Source: a bacterium
GTDB taxonomy: Bacteria > CG03
Reading direction: 5' to 3'
Length of the DNA stretch: 32,000 nt
NCBI GenBank assembly: GCA_043825615.1
Contig: JBDRRS010000007.1
Location: 1 to 32,000 of the forward strand
The notes beneath the pieces are model-generated. The model saw nothing but the letters and a program-made list of their open reading frames with translations, was not told the DNA's origin and did no database searches. Below are positions 26,869 to 32,000 of this stretch, in pieces (positions within the stretch are counted from its first letter, which is position 1; each line of letters starts with the position of its first letter). The position numbers and the translations under genes are program-made.

Positions 26869-27531
26869 CTACAATGATTTTTGAGCCAAAGAATGAAGTT
26901 CATTATTTGCCAAAGCCATCAGTTTCTTTTTTACCGTTCTTGAAAAATACTCTTTCTCGGTTTTCGTCAATTTTTCGTTTTTTAATTTTTTGTAAAACAA
27001 ATCTTTTTGCTTGGGCGAAAACACCTGTGATAAGGCAAACTCTAAATTATACTCATCTTTTAATTCCAGCAACTCCTTGAGTTTTGCTTTTTCTTTAAAA
27101 GCATAATTTCTGAACGTATCCTTTAACCTCCGACTTGATATTTTACGTTTTGCTACAAATAAATCCTCGTTATTTTTCATTTTTTCAAGATAGGCGTTGT
27201 ATTTATTCTTATCGCTTAAATTAAGAGAATTATATAACTCTTTTGACTGATTATTATCAAGGTTTAAATTACGATAAAGCGCTAACGATAATGCCGTTAA
27301 CTCGTAAAATATATTTTTATCGGACTTATTTTTCAGATACTTAACCGTTTTTTGAAAATCAAAAAAACCTTTTTTCACACCGCTGGCCAGCATTACGGGG
27401 AATCCGTCCCAAAGCCGCATATCCTTGCTTTTAACAACATCGGCCAACACGGCATTTACATCCAGTTTCTCTTCTTTTTTCATAACGGGGAAGCCAAGTT
27501 GATTTAGATTTTCAGTAAGATTGTTTTTCAT
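26869..27531 (-). CDS. Hypothetical protein, downstream partner of the nucleotidyltransferase
   Basis: 220 aa, Lys-rich helical; overlaps the upstream gene by 20 nt. Confidence 0.6.
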   Translation of the reverse strand: MKNNLTENLNQLGFPVMKKEEKLDVNAVLADVVKSKDMRLWDGFPVMLASGVKKGFFDFQKTVKYLKNKSDKNIFYELTALSLALYRNLNLDNNQSKELYNSLNLSDKNKYNAYLEKMKNNEDLFVAKRKISSRRLKDTFRNYAFKEKAKLKELLELKDEYNLEFALSQVFSPKQKDLFYKKLKNEKLTKTEKEYFSRTVKKKLMALANNELHSLAQKSL

Positions 27532-28111
27532 CGTAAATACCTTCCTTTTTCAGTTTCTCAACAAAAGATTCAAAATATTTTATCACTTTATCTTCCGATA
27601 TATCATAGGACGCAGTTTTATAATAAAGCTGTTTTAACCTTTTAAAATTGATTTCATCTTTTTTCGCTTTAATCAATGCCATACAATCTTCAGTATCTAC
27701 GCTCAACGACCGGAATATTTTACTTATAATCAAATCATAATAATTCAAAGCTCCGAGATAAATATGATTTAATTCGGCAATAAAAATATGTTTATCCTTT
27801 TTAAGCGGCGATTCCAGGAGTTCCGTAGTGTGAACGCTTTTACCTTTAAACAAATCAAATACAAAATCACCTTCCCTTGCCCATCCATTGCCGGTAACCG
27901 GTTCATATCCAAGTTGCTTTAAAATATTTATGAGGTATTCATATTGTTCGGGCTCCGGGACTAACAAATCTATATCTTTCGTTGAGTCCTTTATACCGAG
28001 CAATGTCACGGCGGTTCCGCCGCATGCAATAAGATTTACCTTTATTTTTAAGAAACCATCCCATGCGGATAATCTCTCCAGCAGTTTTTGTTTATTTATT
28101 CTGTAATTCAT
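27512..28111 (-). CDS. Nucleotidyltransferase-superfamily protein (DUF6036/AbiEii-like)
   Basis: 'NLIACGGTAVTLLGIKDSTKDIDLLVPEPEQYEYLINILKQLGY' gives GG(T/S)A..L.G....T.DID. Confidence 0.75.
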   Translation of the reverse strand: MNYRINKQKLLERLSAWDGFLKIKVNLIACGGTAVTLLGIKDSTKDIDLLVPEPEQYEYLINILKQLGYEPVTGNGWAREGDFVFDLFKGKSVHTTELLESPLKKDKHIFIAELNHIYLGALNYYDLIISKIFRSLSVDTEDCMALIKAKKDEINFKRLKQLYYKTASYDISEDKVIKYFESFVEKLKKEGIYDEKQSY

Positions 28112-28207
28112 ACATATAATTGTATGTTATCATACATTACCTTGCATCATTTTATACAATAATAATAAATTTGTCAAGTGTTTTTTCAACGAGCGCCCTT
28201 CCACACC

Positions 28208-28225
28208 TGCCTGCCGTCAGGCAGA
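28208..28225. repeat. Short palindrome CTGCCTG-CCGT-CAGGCAG
   Basis: Perfect 7-bp arms in the intergenic region. Confidence 0.6.
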
Positions 28226-28318
28226 AATCAATCCTCACAAAAGGCATATCGTGTTCTCCTTATCCGGCAAAAAAATCAAAAGCATCCCCATTTTTCTCAT
28301 TTTCCGTACCCACATTTC

Positions 28319-28828
28319 TCATGGCAGCGGCTCTTTTAGTAATGCCTGATAAATCTCTAAATCACCCGGCGAGAAACAGCAGAAAATAACTTCGCATTTA
28401 TAATTGTTGGACTCCATAAATTTTATACAAGATTGAACTGCAATTTGTGCGGCAGATTTGGATGGATACCCATAAACCCCGGTACTGATACATGGAAATG
28501 CGATACTGTGACAGTTGTATTTCTTGGCGAGAGTCAACGAATTGATGTAACACTTACATAACAATTCGGGTTCTCCGGATAAACCACCATTCCAGACAGG
28601 GCCGACAGTATGGATTACATATCGCGACGGTAACTTGTAAGCTTTCGTGATCTTAGCATCACCAGCAAGGCATCCGCCAAGCGACTTGCATTCTTCCATG
28701 AGATCCGGTCCGGCGGCGCGGTGAATTGCCCCGTCAACACCACCTCCGCCCAAAAGAGTTTTGTTTGCAGCATTGACTATGACATCAACCTGAAGTTTTG
28801 TTATATCGGATAGAATTGTTTTCATCAT
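28319..28828 (-). CDS. Macro-domain protein (O-acetyl-ADP-ribose deacetylase-like)
   Basis: 'DVIVNAANKTLLGGGGVDGAIHRAAGPDLMEECK', 'IHTVGPVW', 'IAFPCISTGVYGYP'. Confidence 0.93.
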   Translation of the reverse strand: MMKTILSDITKLQVDVIVNAANKTLLGGGGVDGAIHRAAGPDLMEECKSLGGCLAGDAKITKAYKLPSRYVIHTVGPVWNGGLSGEPELLCKCYINSLTLAKKYNCHSIAFPCISTGVYGYPSKSAAQIAVQSCIKFMESNNYKCEVIFCCFSPGDLEIYQALLKEPLP

Positions 28829-28955
28829 ATCATTTTAGTCCGAGAAACCGCCTGTTAGCACTCATGCAAAATGGGACAAGTTGGCCGGGCGGCGGGATTT
28901 TTTAATTTACTCATCTTAATCAAAAAAAGTTTCGGGAGACGCGGTTATTCCCGGA

Positions 28956-29302
28956 TGGTGGAGGTGGGGGGAATCGAACCCCCGTCCGATAATGCATCCT
29001 CCGGGTATCTACAGGCTTAGATTGCGATTTAATTTCTTTTTCCGAACTCCCGCAATCAGGATTCCGGAAAAATAGTTCCCTTAAATTTCACAGACGTCCC
29101 GGAAACGCTGACGTCTGCTATTCTGTCTGCTTGACGGCGTTACTGAAACCAACAGAAGAGTTTCAGACGCCGGACGAACCTAACAGGTCGCCGTTGCTAA
29201 TGTTGAGTTAGCGTTTTTTTTCGGTCGATTTTTATGGGGCCATCGACCAACCCCAGCCTGCTGCCTGAAAGAACGCTGTCACCGTCGAAACCAATCACCC
29301 CC
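28956..29302 (-). ncRNA. ssrA: Transfer-messenger RNA (tmRNA)
   Basis: RNA-sense 5' GGGGGUGAUUGGUUUCGACGG... and 3' ...GGACGGGGGUUCGAUUCCCCCCACCUCCACCA; acceptor GGGGGUG pairs with CACCUCC; encoded CCA. Confidence 0.93.
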
Positions 29303-29467
29303 GTCAAACTTTTATTCAGGTTTGATTGCGCAACCGCTATATTAAAATACAAACTAAACGGGCTTATTGTCAAGATTCCGTCCCTGTTTTTTCCAACACT
29401 ATTTTTTATCCGGAAACTTTTCATCTGCCGGCGCGCCGCCCAAACCCCAGTTCTCTTTTCCAACTTT

Positions 29468-30223
29468 TTATTTCTCGTTCAAAGTTTCCAACAACCGCAG
29501 GTAATCTCTTTGACTCTCGTATTCCATAGATGTAATCAAGTTTATAAATGGAGTATCATTCCCTCTGTCACATTGCCGAAGCGAGTTCAGATAATCGCTT
29601 CTCAATACAGGCGGTATAACAATAATTTCATATCCGTTTTGGAGCAAGGATAAATTCATCAAGAGCCGCGCTGTCCGTCCATTGCCGTCGACAAACGGGT
29701 GTATTCTTGCAAGTTCCTTATGAATTATTGCAGAAAATTCCACCGGATGGTATTTCTTTTTCCACTCAGGGATATTATTCATTAACTCTTCAACTAAGTT
29801 TTTTACTTTGCTTGGCGGAGGCAGTTTAACGTCCGAGCCCTGGATATAGACAGACACCTTCCTGTATTTTCCGGCATTCTTCTTGTCTATCCTATAGTAA
29901 AAAATCCTGTGTAGTGACAGTATATCCTTTTCCACGATGGCATCTTTCCTGGACAGTTTGTATATGTAGTCGTATGCTTCACTGTGCCCAATAGCTTCCA
30001 GATGGTCTTTTAATGGTTTACCGCTGATAGTTATTCCTTCCTCAATAACTATTTTCGTTTCTGTCTCGGTCAGTGAATTACCTTCCAAAGCATTACTTGA
30101 ATAAGTAAATCCTATCCTATAGTATTCCTTCAACTGTTTAAGTTGGTATCTATTCAGCGGCCTATACTTATTTATTTCTTCCTGCAGCCTGTCAACATCT
30201 TTTACTCTGTTTCTAAAATCCAC
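29468..30223 (-). CDS. Fic family protein
   Basis: 'LARIHPFVDGNGRTARLLMNLSLLQNGY' contains HPFxxGNGR; 'EGNSLTETET' resembles the inhibitory-helix region. Confidence 0.92.
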   Translation of the reverse strand: MDFRNRVKDVDRLQEEINKYRPLNRYQLKQLKEYYRIGFTYSSNALEGNSLTETETKIVIEEGITISGKPLKDHLEAIGHSEAYDYIYKLSRKDAIVEKDILSLHRIFYYRIDKKNAGKYRKVSVYIQGSDVKLPPPSKVKNLVEELMNNIPEWKKKYHPVEFSAIIHKELARIHPFVDGNGRTARLLMNLSLLQNGYEIIVIPPVLRSDYLNSLRQCDRGNDTPFINLITSMEYESQRDYLRLLETLNEK

Positions 30224-30416
30224 AGACCCTCCTTTTCTCTAATAAGGTGAATGTCAATCCAATTATATTTTCAGCGCCAACGGAAAATTCCACGAGATGC
30301 CCCCAGAATTCACTATTTTCATTTACTCAATACCCTGAGTAATTTTACTCAATACTTTGGGCAATGGCAACATGAGTTTTTAAGAAACGGCCATACCTCT
30401 CTGCATTTTTATTTTA

Positions 30417-30489
30417 CGCCCCTGGGGTGACTCGAACACCCGACACCCGGTTTAGGAAACCGGTGCTCTATCCTCTGAGCTACAGGGGC
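30417..30489 (-). tRNA. tRNA-Arg (anticodon CCT)
   Basis: RNA-sense GCCCCUGUAGCUCAGAGGAUAGAGCACCGGUUUCCUAAACCGGGUGUCGGGUGUUCGAGUCACCCCAGGGGC; acceptor GCCCCTG/CAGGGGC, anticodon stem CCGGT/ACCGG. Confidence 0.9.
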
Positions 30490-30490
30490 T

Positions 30491-30772
30491 TTAATAAGAA
30501 TCTCCGCGAGGATCCGCCGCTATCATTGAAACAATTTTTTCATTGTCATTTACCGTATAAAAAAACCTGTGGTTGCCAATCCTGTATCTCCATGTATCCG
30601 GTTTGTATGACCTGAGTTTCTTTATGTTCTTGCCAAAATACGGATTCTGTCTTAATTGGGTATAAACGTATGTTTTTAATTTTCTTTTTATTTTTTCCCT
30701 CTGTCCGCTGAAGTCACATTCAATATCTCTTGAAAACTGGTTTGTCTCGAAAATCCTGAATCTATTCAACAA
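30491..30772 (-). CDS. RelE/ParE-superfamily toxin-like protein
   Basis: 'RIFETNQFSRDI...KLKTYVYTQLRQNPYFGKNIKKLRSYKPDTWRYRIGNHRFFYTVNDNEKIVSMIAADPRGDSY'. The track ORF begins upstream (30871) but a TTG start after GGGAGG near 30772 fits better. Confidence 0.8.
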   Translation of the reverse strand: MLNRFRIFETNQFSRDIECDFSGQREKIKRKLKTYVYTQLRQNPYFGKNIKKLRSYKPDTWRYRIGNHRFFYTVNDNEKIVSMIAADPRGDSY

Positions 30773-31004
30773 ACCTCCCTTTCCGTCTTTTAGCGTCATT
30801 GTGTCCTGCTTTAAGTTTGCCTGATAAACGTTTATCCGATTTGATTTGCGCCATTTCAATCGGGTCAGCATAATAAGATTCTTCTATGTCCTTCAATACC
30901 CTGCTCGTGATAAAATTAGAAATAGGACGATGCTCAATATCAGCCGCCATTGACACCTTTTTATATTCATCCTGTGAAAGCCGCAATGTTATTACTTTAG
31001 ACAT
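30762..31004 (-). CDS. Ribbon-helix-helix-type antitoxin
   Basis: 'MSKVITLRLSQDEYKKVSMAADIEHRPISNFITSRVL' is an RHH pattern, directly upstream of the RelE-like gene. Confidence 0.8.
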   Translation of the reverse strand: MSKVITLRLSQDEYKKVSMAADIEHRPISNFITSRVLKDIEESYYADPIEMAQIKSDKRLSGKLKAGHNDAKRRKGRFVE

Positions 31005-31128
31005 TAACCCTCCTTTCTCACTTCAAATTTATTCTAATTTATTCTAATATATTCTCTCGATATTTGTCAATATTTTGTATGTATTCCCGTTTACATTGCG
31101 GGCAAACTATGATTTATCTCCGGTGAAT

Positions 31129-32000
31129 TTACAATTTAAAAATTTTTTTGCTAATTTTTTTTGCCGTTCTGTTTCTTAAATCAAAAATAAGTTTTGAATT
31201 TTTTATAATAAAATCGTAGTCAAAGTGGTCGTGGTCGGTCGCGATTATAACCATATCTGACGCCTTCAGCGCGCGGGAGGTCAGGAGCTCCGCTCTTTTC
31301 CCGGGGATGCCGTCGGGAACAAGGTCGTCGAACCATGAGACATCCGCTCCCAGATTAAGCAGGTTCAGAATTATTTCAATCACGGGCGACTCTCTCGTGT
31401 CGGAAACGTTCTTCTTGTAGGCGACGCCGAGAACCAGTATTCTGCTTCCTTTCACGGAAATTGAAAAACCGTTCAGAATTTTTACCAGTTTATCAACGAC
31501 AAAATCGGGCATCGTGCTGTTTATTTCGGCGGCGAGGTCTATAAACCTTGTGTAAAAATTAAGCGAGCGCATTTTCCAGGAAAGATAAAGAGGGTCAACG
31601 GGAATGCAGTGCCCCCCGAGTCCGGGGCCCGGATAGAACGGCATAAAACCGAACGGTTTTGTTCCCGCGAGATTAACGATTTCCCAAACATCAAGTTTTA
31701 ATTTATCCGCAATCTGCGCAATTTCGTTTATGAGACCGATATTGACCGCCCTGAATGTATTTTCAAGGAGTTTGACCATCTCTGCCGCCTCAAGAGAACT
31801 CGCGGGGACAATATCCCCTATAATTTTTCTATAATACAAACACGCCTTTTCAAGGGATTTCCTGTTTATTCCGCCGATTATCTTCGGGGTGTTTTCCGTT
31901 TTCCATTTTTTGTTCGCGGGGTCTACCCTTTCCGGCGAAAAAGCCAGATAAAAGTCCTTCCCTGCCTTGAGACCGCTTTTTTCAAGGAGCGGGGCAACGA
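31129..32000 (-). CDS. UDP-N-acetyl-hexosamine/UDP-sugar dehydrogenase (WbpA/TviB-like), N-terminus beyond right edge
   Basis: 'EAAEMVKLLENTFRAVNIGLINEIAQIADKLKLDVWEIVNLAGTKPFGFMPFYPGPGLGGHCIPVDPLYLSWK', 'GVAYKKNVSDTRESPVIEI'; the frame stays open to the window end ('APLLEKSGLKAGKDFYLAFSPERVDP'). Confidence 0.9.
   Translation of the reverse strand, partial: VAPLLEKSGLKAGKDFYLAFSPERVDPANKKWKTENTPKIIGGINRKSLEKACLYYRKIIGDIVPASSLEAAEMVKLLENTFRAVNIGLINEIAQIADKLKLDVWEIVNLAGTKPFGFMPFYPGPGLGGHCIPVDPLYLSWKMRSLNFYTRFIDLAAEINSTMPDFVVDKLVKILNGFSISVKGSRILVLGVAYKKNVSDTRESPVIEIILNLLNLGADVSWFDDLVPDGIPGKRAELLTSRALKASDMVIIATDHDHFDYDFIIKNSKLIFDLRNRTAKKISKKIFKL

Noticed and set aside
28208-28225. Palindrome as a transcription terminator
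   Set aside because: No T-tract follows the arms; more likely a dispersed palindromic repeat, only one copy seen here.

Overview
The window is about 32 kb of bacterial chromosome, mostly minus-strand. Landmarks, left to right: (1) a very large secreted mosaic protein (SBBP-like propeller repeats, FN3, G8-like and right-handed beta-helix regions) running off the left edge. (2) A DUF4258-type toxin/antitoxin-like pair, two tandem micro-ORFs and an MNT nucleotidyltransferase remnant. (3) A tightly packed ten-gene minus-strand block (7783-16136): GAF protein, a FliF-C/TM/FliG-like fusion, MotA-like stator, two MotB/OmpA-like proteins, TPR protein, two tandem PII-like proteins, an integral membrane protein and an outer-membrane beta-barrel. 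It looks like a flagellum-independent rotor/stator machine and is the best candidate for an undescribed system. (4) nadE, carrying what looks like an in-frame copy of a small dispersed repeat, and an OmpA-type lipoprotein. (5) A mannose/trehalose glycan block (manA, GT4, GH130, GT4, MATE, TreT-like GT, DUF5752), with a structured 6S-like RNA/leader candidate behind a good promoter. (6) An accessory segment with a nucleotidyltransferase two-gene cassette, a macro-domain protein, tmRNA with an unusual tag, a Fic protein plus a duplicated fic 5' fragment, tRNA-Arg(CCT) and a RelE/RHH locus. (7) The start-truncated portion of a UDP-sugar dehydrogenase at the right edge. All family calls come from reading translations by eye; no searches were run.
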